Positions 9,032-17,228 of a stretch of 42,146 nt of DNA are shown here, in pieces. The DNA is taken from NCBI GenBank assembly GCA_034430755.1, contig DAOUDY010000003.1, forward strand, positions 1-42,146. Reading direction: 5' to 3'. A program made the position numbers and the translations under genes. The stretch is from Dehalococcoidales bacterium. GTDB lineage: Bacteria > Chloroflexota > Dehalococcoidia > Dehalococcoidales > RBG-16-60-22. Position 1 is the stretch's first letter. Every line of letters starts with the position of its first letter. A model generated the notes under the pieces. It made no database searches, was not told the DNA's origin, and worked only from the letters and a program-made list of their open reading frames with translations.

Positions 9032-11884
9032 TCACCACCTCAGCGGCTTCTGCCAGGCCTCCTTTAATTCATTTATGGATATAGAAACAATGCCATCGCC
9101 CTTTCGACCGTACACTTCAAGCCTCGGCTCATTCATTAGCCGGCCAATCAGGGCGAAGGGCACGCCGGCCATCGCTTTCTCAAATGCTTCTTTCTTATCC
9201 GGTGACACCTCGGCGATGAACCGGCTGTTCGATTCCGAGAAGAGTATGAAGTCATCGCGGTCTATTGGCTCACCGAGCGGCACCTCTTTCAGATTTATAC
9301 TGGCACCCAGACCGCCGGCAAAGGCCATCTCGGCCACGGCCACGCCGATGCCTCCCTCGCTACAGTCGTGGCAGGCCCTGACCAATCCCTTTCCGGTGGC
9401 GGTGCTCAAACTGTGCATCACCTGCTTGCTCCGCTGCGGGTCAACCTCTGGTACACTATTGCCGATAAAACCTCTTGTCTTTAGATACTCCGAGCCGCCG
9501 AGCTCACACCGGGTGCTGCCCACGATGTAGATGAAATCGCCGGCCTGCTTGAAGTCCATGGATATGGCCCGGCTCACGTCGTCCATAACCGCAATGGCCG
9601 AGATGAGCAGCGTATGCGGTATGGATATGGTCCTGCCTTCATACTCGAACTCATTGTTCAGGCTGTCCTTGCCCGAAATAAAAGGAGTCTCATAGACAAT
9701 GGACATATCATAGCAGGCCTGAGCGGCGCGGATGAGAGCCCCCAGCATCTCGGGCCGGCTGGCACTGCCCCAGCAGAAGTTGTCCAGCAGCGCCACCCGG
9801 TTAAGGTCGCCGCCCACGGCGATAATCTGACGCAGGGCCTCGTCAATGGCCGAGGCCGCCATCCAGTACGGGTCGATATCGGCATAGCCGGGATTGATGC
9901 CGCTGGCGATGATAACGCCTTTTTGAGACCCCGGCACCGGCTGGATGATAGCCGCGTCACCGGGCCCGTCATTGTTCTTCCCCACCAGCGGCTTGAGAAT
10001 GCTGCCGCCCTGCACCTCGTGGTCATACTGACGGATGACCCACTCCTTGCTGCATACATTCCATGAACCCAAAATCGCCAGCAATGACTCATTTAAATTC
10101 GATGGTTCGGCAAAATCGGGTTCGGGGTGGCGGGGCGGTTTCCAGACCACCTCCCTTTGCAACTGCGGGATGCCGCCGTGCAGAAATTCCATTTCAAGGT
10201 CGCCGACCGGTTCCCCTTCGTAGAAAAGTCGCAGGCGGCGGTCATCGGTGAACTCCCCGATAACGGTGGCCTCCACATCTTCACCGGCAAAGAGCGCCAG
10301 CAGCGCATCGATTTTCTCCGGCGGCACGGCCAGAATCATTCTCTCCTGAGATTCCGAAATCCATATCTCGGCGTAGGTAAGCCCGGCGTACTTCAAGGGC
10401 ACCTTATCCAGGTCGACACGGACGCCGGTCTCCTCCGCCATCTCCCCAACCGCCGATGAAAGCCCCCCGCCACCGCAATCGGTTATGCGCGCGTACAGCC
10501 CGCAGTCGCGGGCCTGAAGCAGAATGTCTATCATCTTCTTTTCCACGATGGGATTGCCTATCTGCACCGAGCTGGAAGACGTTGTGGTCGATGCCTCGGT
10601 GAGCTGTTCCGAGGCAAAGGTGACGCCGTGAATGCCGTCTCTGCCCGTCCGGCCGCCAATCAGGACCACCTTATCGCCCTGTTTCTGTTTGCCGCGCCGG
10701 GCGATTTCTTTCGGCAGCAGGCCCAGCGTACCGCAGTAGACCAGCGGGTTGGCCACGTAGCGTTCATCAAAGAGAACGGCGCCATTGAGCGTGGGAATGC
10801 CGAGCCGGTTGGCATAGTCGGCCACCCCGGCCCGCACCCCTTTGAACATACGGCGGGGGTGAAGCACGCCCTGGGGTACTTTCTCGTAAGGCAAATCAGG
10901 CGGGCCGAAACAGAAGACATCGGTGTTGGCAATCGGCTTCGCCCCCAGCCCGGTGCCGAGGGGGTCGCGGATGACACCGCCGATGCCGGTGGCGGCGCCT
11001 CCGTACGGCTCCACCGCCGAGGGATGGTTGTGCGTTTCCACCTTGAAACAGAGCGCCCACTGACCATCAAAGTCGATTACCCCGGCATTGTCCACGAAAA
11101 CGGAAAGGCACCAGGGCCGGTCAAGCTCACGGGTCGCCTTCATCACGGTGCTCTTCAGCAGGTTATCCACCACCCTGTTATCGAGCGTGAACCTGCCCTT
11201 GAATGTCTTGTGGACGCAGTGCTCTGACCAGGTCTGGGCCAGTGTCTCAAGCTCAACATCGGTCGGGTTGCGGCCCTGCTTCTGATAATAATCAACGATG
11301 GACTGAAATTCTTCAGCGGTGAACCCGAACTGCTTTGGCAACGCGGTCTGCTCGCCTTTCAGGATATCGACCGCCTCCAGCTTGAAATGATATTTTGGAT
11401 TCTCCGGGAAGCTCAGCTGTTCGCGCTCCACGACGTGCTGAATAATCGGGTTTACCAGCAGCCGGCTGCAGATGATTTCCAGCTGCTCATCGGTCAACTG
11501 GCCGGCGATAAGATACCGCTTCGTCGTCTTGACGGCTCTGACACCCGCCACTTTCAGGTCCCGAATAGCCTTCAGGACACTGTCCTCAACCGGGTCGGTG
11601 ACCCCGGCGTTATAGGCGACCTCAACGGTATGATACCGGGATTCATCAACCGGCTCAGCCGGTGAACCCTGTCGGTAACGGTAAATCTGGGTGACGGGGT
11701 CGGCGAGCAGGTTCCGCCCGATTGAATCCAGGGTCGCCGCGTCGAGCTCGGCATCAAGCCAGTATATATCCACCACACGCGCATCAGATACGGTGGCAAT
11801 GCCCAGGTCCTGAATGTCTTTGACCAGTCCCTGCCCCCGGGCATCAGGCAGATGGCTTTTCAGCCGGACCTCTATTCGGTGCAT
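9032..11884 (-). CDS. purL: Phosphoribosylformylglycinamidine synthase subunit PurL with two N-terminal PurS-like repeats
   Basis: 950 aa. AIR-synthase-related PurL core (WSEHCVHKTF, VETHNHPSAVEPYGGAATGIGGVIRD), preceded by ~165 aa made of two ~80-aa PurS-like units. Confidence 0.9.
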   Translation of the reverse strand: MHRIEVRLKSHLPDARGQGLVKDIQDLGIATVSDARVVDIYWLDAELDAATLDSIGRNLLADPVTQIYRYRQGSPAEPVDESRYHTVEVAYNAGVTDPVEDSVLKAIRDLKVAGVRAVKTTKRYLIAGQLTDEQLEIICSRLLVNPIIQHVVEREQLSFPENPKYHFKLEAVDILKGEQTALPKQFGFTAEEFQSIVDYYQKQGRNPTDVELETLAQTWSEHCVHKTFKGRFTLDNRVVDNLLKSTVMKATRELDRPWCLSVFVDNAGVIDFDGQWALCFKVETHNHPSAVEPYGGAATGIGGVIRDPLGTGLGAKPIANTDVFCFGPPDLPYEKVPQGVLHPRRMFKGVRAGVADYANRLGIPTLNGAVLFDERYVANPLVYCGTLGLLPKEIARRGKQKQGDKVVLIGGRTGRDGIHGVTFASEQLTEASTTTSSSSVQIGNPIVEKKMIDILLQARDCGLYARITDCGGGGLSSAVGEMAEETGVRVDLDKVPLKYAGLTYAEIWISESQERMILAVPPEKIDALLALFAGEDVEATVIGEFTDDRRLRLFYEGEPVGDLEMEFLHGGIPQLQREVVWKPPRHPEPDFAEPSNLNESLLAILGSWNVCSKEWVIRQYDHEVQGGSILKPLVGKNNDGPGDAAIIQPVPGSQKGVIIASGINPGYADIDPYWMAASAIDEALRQIIAVGGDLNRVALLDNFCWGSASRPEMLGALIRAAQACYDMSIVYETPFISGKDSLNNEFEYEGRTISIPHTLLISAIAVMDDVSRAISMDFKQAGDFIYIVGSTRCELGGSEYLKTRGFIGNSVPEVDPQRSKQVMHSLSTATGKGLVRACHDCSEGGIGVAVAEMAFAGGLGASINLKEVPLGEPIDRDDFILFSESNSRFIAEVSPDKKEAFEKAMAGVPFALIGRLMNEPRLEVYGRKGDGIVSISINELKEAWQKPLRW

Positions 11885-11910
11885 CTAATCTTTACTCTAC
11901 TAACAGAGAT

Positions 11911-11935
11911 TAAAAAGAGGGGCATACGCCCCTCG
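11911..11935 (-). terminator. Rho-independent terminator after yqeY
   Basis: The minus strand reads GAGGGGC-gtat-GCCCCTC followed by TTTTTA. Confidence 0.6.
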
Positions 11936-11970
11936 TGAATACTTAAGACCTTCGTTCTTATTCACCTGAC

Positions 11971-12426
11971 TCACGAACTGAGTAATTCGCTGACTACTTC
12001 GTTGATTTCCCGACCGTCCGCCCGGCCTTTCAGCTGGGCAATAAGCCTGGGCATTACCTTACCCTTATCACCGGGCCCCTCAGCACCCACCTCTGCGATG
12101 ACCTTTTTTGCGGCCAAAACAACCTCTTCCCGGCTCATCTGCTGCGGCAGGTATCCCTGAAGTACGGCCAGTTCCGCCTCTTCCTTATCAACAAGGTCCT
12201 GCCGGTTGCCCTTTTTGAAGGCCTCTATGCTCTCGTGCCGCTGCCTGACCTCCTTGGCGATAACACCGAAGATATCGCTGTCCTCCAGCTTCGCCTGCCG
12301 GGCGATCTCGGCGTTATTTATTGCCGCCATCAGCATTCTTATGGCGCTCTTCTTCAGGGTATCGCCGCTTCTCATCGCCTGTTTCAAGTCATCAGAAAGT
12401 TTCTGCTTCAGGTTTGCTTCTCCCAT
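11971..12426 (-). CDS. yqeY: GatB/YqeY domain protein
   Basis: 151 aa. Typical YqeY sequence (LKQAMRSGD...LKGRADG...) and the conserved rpsU-yqeY adjacency. Confidence 0.85.
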   Translation of the reverse strand: MGEANLKQKLSDDLKQAMRSGDTLKKSAIRMLMAAINNAEIARQAKLEDSDIFGVIAKEVRQRHESIEAFKKGNRQDLVDKEEAELAVLQGYLPQQMSREEVVLAAKKVIAEVGAEGPGDKGKVMPRLIAQLKGRADGREINEVVSELLSS

Positions 12427-12444
12427 ATTATCCTCGTCAATAGA

Positions 12445-12633
12445 CTATCTTCTCACTGCTCTGGCGACACTGCGCCTTTTAACCGCCCTCTTGCGCTTGC
12501 GTCTGACGCTCGGCTTCTCATAATGCTCTCGACGGCGTATTTCCGATAAGATGCCGGTCTGCTGGACACGGCGGTTGAACCGCTTGAGCAAACTTTCAAA
12601 GCTCTCGTTATCGCCCGCCATTACCTCGGTCAA
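12445..12633 (-). CDS. rpsU: 30S ribosomal protein S21
   Basis: 62 aa, very basic, with [37 protein letters not shown]. Confidence 0.9.
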   Translation of the reverse strand: MTEVMAGDNESFESLLKRFNRRVQQTGILSEIRRREHYEKPSVRRKRKRAVKRRSVARAVRR

Positions 12634-12890
12634 ATAGCATCATCCTCCTTCCAAACCCGGATTGCATTATCTCCATCAGAAATAGAGAAATAAGCCACAC
12701 CCGAGCATCCACACCACCGCACAAGACACCATCACATTTTAGTCAGTAGTTCCGCCCGATGTCAAGGAAAAATAAAAACGTCAGACGGCAGATTTTAATG
12801 AAATTTAATCATTATTTTTATGATGGCTTAACGTGGTCATTTTAGAATGAGCATGAAGATATCTGGACAAATGGCCTTTGTCAAGCTATA

Positions 12891-12919
12891 TTGACATTTG
12901 CCAATTGGCGAATTATAAT
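12891..12919 (+). promoter_or_regulatory. Consensus sigma70-type promoter (TTGACA-17-TATAAT) with a GCCAATTGGC palindrome in the spacer
   Basis: TTGACA at 12891-12896, TATAAT at 12914-12919, and a perfect 10-bp palindrome at 12900-12909. Confidence 0.55.
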
Positions 12920-12942
12920 AAGATAAGTTGAGGAGCAAAGCC

Positions 12943-13338
12943 ATGCCACAAATAAATAATGACCTCGGCAGAATAATAAAACAGCAGAGAATCGCCATTC
13001 CGCTGACCCTGCAGGAACTGGCCGCTGCTTCGGAGGTATCTTCTTCTCATTTAGGACGTATTGAGAGAGGCGAGCGCTTCCCCTCAGCTCACATCCTGCG
13101 CCGAATTGCCAAGCCTCTTGGCTTTGACGAGGATGAGCTCTTCACCCTCGCCGGTTTCCTGTCGCCGCACACCTCCACAGTCGCCGAAGAGAGAGGTACC
13201 GCTTACGGCAACCGCCGCCTGGACCCGTATGTTGCCAAAATCTTGGCCGAGGAGCCAATCGAGATTCAACGGGCTATAATCGGCATTCTCAACACGGTGA
13301 AACTTGTGGCCAAGGGAATGGCCAGAGAAAACGAGTGA
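12943..13338 (+). CDS. XRE-family helix-turn-helix transcriptional regulator
   Basis: ATG at 12943 preceded by AGGAG (12931-12935). HTH_3-type motif LTLQELAAASEVSSSHLGRIERGER. Confidence 0.8.
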   Translation: MPQINNDLGRIIKQQRIAIPLTLQELAAASEVSSSHLGRIERGERFPSAHILRRIAKPLGFDEDELFTLAGFLSPHTSTVAEERGTAYGNRRLDPYVAKILAEEPIEIQRAIIGILNTVKLVAKGMARENE

Positions 13339-13377
13339 TATCCTTACGCCCATAAAAATGCACCGACGGCGGTAGAG

Positions 13378-14088
13378 ATGGAAGGCCTGAGACAGATAAG
13401 TGATAAGGATGGTAAAAAGATTGGCTTTGGCGATGCCACCGTCCATGAGCTGAGAACGCTGCTTACGGCCATCATTGTTTCCGCAGAGCTTCTGTCCGAA
13501 GAACTTCAGTCAGACCATAAAGGTATGCCGCTGAGACTTATCCAGAATATAGTTCGCAATGCGCACAGCCTTGATGAAAAATTGACCAACTTTTCAGAAA
13601 TGGCCGGCCTGCTTTCCGGCGAGTTTTCCTTTCAGCCCGAGACGCTTGAGGTTGGGCCGGTCGTTCGCGGCATAACCTCTCAGATCTACCCGATTACGCA
13701 CAGCCGAAAACAGTCATTACACATTGATTTGCCCGCAGCCCTGCCTCATATCCGGGCACACCGCCATTACCTGGAACAGATACTGATTAATCTGCTCACC
13801 AATGCCAGCAAGTTTACGCCTGAGGGAGGGAACATAACGGTGACGGCCGCCAAGAATGACTCCAATCTAATAATCGAGGTGTCTGATAACGGCATTGGCA
13901 TTCCGGCGGATAAGCAGGAACTGGTATTTCAACCCTATTACCAGATTGACGGAGGCAGGGGAAGCGGGCTGGGACTGGCCATCACCAAGTTCCTGGTGGA
14001 GCTTCATGGCGGCAAGATATGGCTGGAGAGTACCCCGGGGAAGGGCAGCCACTTTTTCTGCTCCCTGCCGCTATCGGGACAGAGCTGA
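13378..14088 (+). CDS. Histidine kinase, DHp plus HATPase core only (no sensor or TM region)
   Basis: 236 aa. H-box ATVHELRTLLTAI at residue ~23, N-box LINLLTNASKF, G1 VSDNGIGIP, G2 GSGLGLAI. Confidence 0.85.
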   Translation: MEGLRQISDKDGKKIGFGDATVHELRTLLTAIIVSAELLSEELQSDHKGMPLRLIQNIVRNAHSLDEKLTNFSEMAGLLSGEFSFQPETLEVGPVVRGITSQIYPITHSRKQSLHIDLPAALPHIRAHRHYLEQILINLLTNASKFTPEGGNITVTAAKNDSNLIIEVSDNGIGIPADKQELVFQPYYQIDGGRGSGLGLAITKFLVELHGGKIWLESTPGKGSHFFCSLPLSGQS

Positions 14089-14105
14089 GAGCAGAGGGTG
14101 AATAG

Positions 14106-14798
14106 ATGAAAGTAGTGGTTATTGATGATTCACCGGAAATAATAGAGGTAGTCTCTCTGTGCTTCCAGCTACGCTGGGGGAACACATCGGTGTTTCCCGC
14201 CAGTGATGGCAACAAGGGGCTGGAGCTTGTCGAGAAGGAAAACCCTGATCTGGTCATACTTGATATCGGCCTGCCCGATATGGACGGTTTCCAGGTGCTC
14301 CGTGAGATACGGCGCTTCTCTCATGTCCCGGTGATAATGCTTACCGTGAAGAGCGAAGACACTGATATCGCCAAGGGGCTGGAACTGGGCGCCGATGATT
14401 ACGTTACCAAGCCCTTCAGTCATATTGAACTGCTGGCCCGGGTGCAGGCGGTGATGCGCCGTTCCCGGGGTGAGCCATCTCCCGCTGAGGAACAGCCTTA
14501 CACCAGCGGCAAACTGCACGTTGACTTTGCCCGCAATGAGGTCCTGATCGATGGCAAGCCGGTGAAGCTTACGTCGACAGAGTATAAATTACTCTACCAT
14601 CTCATCAAAAATGAGGGGCGTTTGCTTTCCCATGAAAACCTGCTCACCAAGGTATCCGGCGAAGCATATCGCGACGCCCGTGACCTGCTCCGGGTCCACA
14701 TTCAGCACCTGCGGCAAAAGCTCGGTGATAACGTTGAATCACCCGGCATCATAGTTACCGAGCACGGCATGGGCTACAAGTTTGTCAGTCCCGCCTGA
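14106..14798 (+). CDS. OmpR/PhoB-family response regulator
   Basis: 230 aa. Canonical receiver (DD, ILDIGLPDMDG, MLT, TKPF) and a winged-helix output domain (TEYKLLYHL...GMGYKF). Confidence 0.9.
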   Translation: MKVVVIDDSPEIIEVVSLCFQLRWGNTSVFPASDGNKGLELVEKENPDLVILDIGLPDMDGFQVLREIRRFSHVPVIMLTVKSEDTDIAKGLELGADDYVTKPFSHIELLARVQAVMRRSRGEPSPAEEQPYTSGKLHVDFARNEVLIDGKPVKLTSTEYKLLYHLIKNEGRLLSHENLLTKVSGEAYRDARDLLRVHIQHLRQKLGDNVESPGIIVTEHGMGYKFVSPA

Positions 14799-14860
14799 CC
14801 TCGGAACGGACGGCCCGCCGCCTTCCCGAAAAAATTGCGCTTCTAACCATCCGGCCCGCC

Positions 14861-14940
14861 ATTCTTTACGAAACTTTAATAGAACCTTTACGAAATCTTT
14901 ATTTTTTTTATGCCTGTCTTTATGCTCACGTGTTAGATTA
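14861..14940 (+). promoter_or_regulatory. Conserved cis-regulatory module, copy 1 (two TTTACGAAA repeats 22 bp apart, two TCTTTAT repeats, TG-extended -10-like TAGATT)
   Basis: It aligns without gaps to 23052-23131. It ends ~40 bp before the ATG at 14979. Confidence 0.55.
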
Positions 14941-14978
14941 AAAGCGTAGATATTACGGCAGCTTTAGAGGAGCTGAAT

Positions 14979-15764
14979 ATGGATAAAATAACCGTCTTTC
15001 TGGCAGACTGGCAGGTTCTTTTCCGTGAAGGCATTCACTTTACCCTGTCCGGTGAGGAAGATATGGAAGTGATTGGTGAAGACGTAGGTAACGAACAGGC
15101 ACTGGCTTTTATTGAGACCAATCCACCGCAGGTGGCGATTTTGAACGCGAGCCATGATAAGGTAAACGGTTTTGAGGCCACGCGTACGATTAAACAGACC
15201 CTGCCTGAAGTATCGGTTATCCTGGTCATGGACAATTACAGCGAGGAACAGCTTTTTGAGACCTTGAAAAGCGGTGCCAGCGCTTGCTTTAACAAGGACG
15301 TTGACCCCGATGTCGTGATTAACACGATAAGGGAAGTGGCGAAGGGCAACCAACCGATAAGTGAGGCCATCCGGAAACCGGAGATTGCCTCCCGGATTCT
15401 TGATGATTTTACCGCGTATTCCTCGCTCGGCGAGGAGGCCGGGAAACTGCTGGCCCACCTCACTCCCCGCGAGGCGGAAATCCTGCACCAGATAGCCGAT
15501 GGCAACACCAAGGAACAGATAGCCAGTACACTGGGCATCACTGATGAGGCACTCGACAAGCGGCTTCACTCCGCACAGTACAAGCTGGTGGTCAACGACC
15601 AGAAGCTAATGGTGATTGAGATGGCCCAGAGCGGCCTGCCGGCGATCTCCCGGGTCAGTTTCACCGGCAAACCGGGTACCGAGTATATTACCAAAGAGGA
15701 ATTCGCCGCTTTCAAGGAAAGCCTGAAAGAACGTTTCAAGTTCCTTAGCGGAGATATAAGTTAA
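14979..15764 (+). CDS. NarL/LuxR-type response regulator with atypical (Asn) phospho-acceptor position and C-terminal extension
   Basis: 261 aa. Receiver-like N-terminus and a LuxR HTH (LTPREAEILHQIADGNTKEQIASTLGITDEALDKRL). The position where Asp is expected reads AILNASHDKVNG. Confidence 0.8.
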   Translation: MDKITVFLADWQVLFREGIHFTLSGEEDMEVIGEDVGNEQALAFIETNPPQVAILNASHDKVNGFEATRTIKQTLPEVSVILVMDNYSEEQLFETLKSGASACFNKDVDPDVVINTIREVAKGNQPISEAIRKPEIASRILDDFTAYSSLGEEAGKLLAHLTPREAEILHQIADGNTKEQIASTLGITDEALDKRLHSAQYKLVVNDQKLMVIEMAQSGLPAISRVSFTGKPGTEYITKEEFAAFKESLKERFKFLSGDIS

Positions 15765-15946
15765 TCAAACATGATACAGGGGGGGTGATCAAATGTGAAA
15801 CAAATATTAGTTGTGGACATCATTAAAGATGGTAGGAATTCCTAAAAAGAATGAGCCAAGAGGAAAACCTACCACCCCAGGAAATGTCAACAATATGTTA
15901 TAAAAAGCAAGGGGAAATTTCAATTATCCGAAAGGAGGAGAAGGAA

Positions 15947-16540
15947 ATGAACAACATTGTAAAAGGAGTAATGGGAAACACACTGAGGCGCTATCTTGTT
16001 ATCGCTCTGGTGGCATCCCTGGTGGTCACCGGCGGCATGTTTGCCTATGCCTACACCGCCGCCACCCAGACGATCACCGTCTCAGCCGCCGGAGCTGACT
16101 TTGCCGAAATTGGCGCCGTAGACACGGGCAAGCCTGTTTATTCAGGTAACGGTAAAATATTCGGGAGCTACCGCGGCAAGATATGGGGCGGCATCCTCTA
16201 CAGCGTCAACCTGACCACCGACTATCCCGGCGACGTAGCCATTAACGTCTACCTGGACAACATCGATGAGATGGGCAAAAACTACGGGCTCTGGATGATA
16301 AAGTTAAGGCTCGTTGCCTCCACCGACAATGCCACTGCCGTGGATGTCCAGACAATTGACCGCCCGCTGACCCTCAATAACGGCGTAGTCTCGTTTGTTG
16401 CCAAGGATTTGAGCACCTCTGCCGAATACCAGATTATAGCTCTGGACGGGGTCTACAAGGCACACCCCTATGCATATTGGGGGACCGCGTTTGGCGCGAT
16501 TACGCCATCGCTGACCGCTGAAGTTCTGCAGGCGAAGTAA
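15947..16540 (+). CDS. Secreted subunit paralog P1 with SipW-cognate-like signal peptide
   Basis: ATG at 15947 follows GGAGGAGAAGGAA. The N-terminus is ...RRYLVIALVASLVVTGGMFA|YAYTAAT. The core motif YPGDVAINVYLDN is shared with P2-P4. Confidence 0.7.
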   Translation: MNNIVKGVMGNTLRRYLVIALVASLVVTGGMFAYAYTAATQTITVSAAGADFAEIGAVDTGKPVYSGNGKIFGSYRGKIWGGILYSVNLTTDYPGDVAINVYLDNIDEMGKNYGLWMIKLRLVASTDNATAVDVQTIDRPLTLNNGVVSFVAKDLSTSAEYQIIALDGVYKAHPYAYWGTAFGAITPSLTAEVLQAK

Positions 16541-16561
16541 CATAGCTTGGGGTTAATCCAA

Positions 16562-16589
16562 CGGGGTTGCCTCATATGAGGCAACCCCG
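16562..16589 (+). terminator. GC-rich hairpin downstream of P1 (possible terminator/attenuator, no U-tract)
   Basis: The near-perfect palindrome CGGGGTTGCCTCATATGAGGCAACCCCG starts 22 nt after the P1 stop. Confidence 0.4.
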
Positions 16590-16602
16590 AAGCAGGAAAG
16601 AG

Positions 16603-16631
16603 TTGACAGATATTATGACAAGTGGTAGACT
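16603..16631 (+). promoter_or_regulatory. Near-consensus promoter for the P2-P3-P4 genes
   Basis: TTGACA (16603-16608), a 17-nt spacer, then TAGACT (16626-16631), ~40 nt upstream of the P2 GTG start. Confidence 0.5.
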
Positions 16632-16673
16632 CTGAGCAAAGTAATACCAACTGTCATAAAGGGAGGCGTAAAA

Positions 16674-17201
16674 GTGAAGAAGCTACTTCTGATTGCTTTA
16701 GTGGCATTGCTGGTGGTAACCGGCGGTATGTTCGCCTACACTTTCACCACCGCTACCGCCACCATTGGCGTTACCGCACCGACGTCTGACTTCGCCAATG
16801 TTACGGCGGGCGGCAGCATCAGCGCACCGTCCGTTTTCGGCAAATTCACCGGCACGTGGCCATCAAGCACATTATTCGACATCACCCCGGCGGAGAACTA
16901 CACCGGCGACCTTGTCGTCAAGGTGTACCTGGTGAATACCGGCCAGTTAATACGGCAGTATCACCACATCAACATGACGCTTGAATTCCAGGACAGCACC
17001 GACACTATGTTTGACGAACAGGGAGAAATCCAGGTCCTGAACATGCAAAATGCTGAAGTCCTGTTCACCTGGGAGAACGGCGCCGGCACCAGTCCTTATA
17101 AAGTGGTGCTCACCGGCGGCGGTTTCCGGCTGCACCCGTTTAAGTCACTGACGGGCGGCAGTTACCAGCCGCAGATATGGTGTGAGATAACCCAGAGATA
17201 A
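16674..17201 (+). CDS. Secreted subunit paralog P2 (smallest, core-only; candidate major subunit)
   Basis: GTG start after GGGAGG. The N-terminus is MKKLLLIALVALLVVTGGMFA|YTFTTATATIGVT. The core is NYTGDLVVKVYLVNTGQLIRQY and the C-terminus is IWCEITQR. Confidence 0.75.
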   Translation: MKKLLLIALVALLVVTGGMFAYTFTTATATIGVTAPTSDFANVTAGGSISAPSVFGKFTGTWPSSTLFDITPAENYTGDLVVKVYLVNTGQLIRQYHHINMTLEFQDSTDTMFDEQGEIQVLNMQNAEVLFTWENGAGTSPYKVVLTGGGFRLHPFKSLTGGSYQPQIWCEITQR

Positions 17202-17228
17202 TTTGGCAACAACTTAAAACAGGCATGA

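Noticed and set aside
15851-15946. Longer N-terminal extension of P1 (track ORF start at 15851, MSQEENLPPQ...).
   Set aside because: The extension has no RBS. It would place 30+ hydrophilic residues ahead of the signal peptide. The ATG at 15947 has a strong GGAGGAG RBS and gives an N-terminus parallel to P2 and P4.
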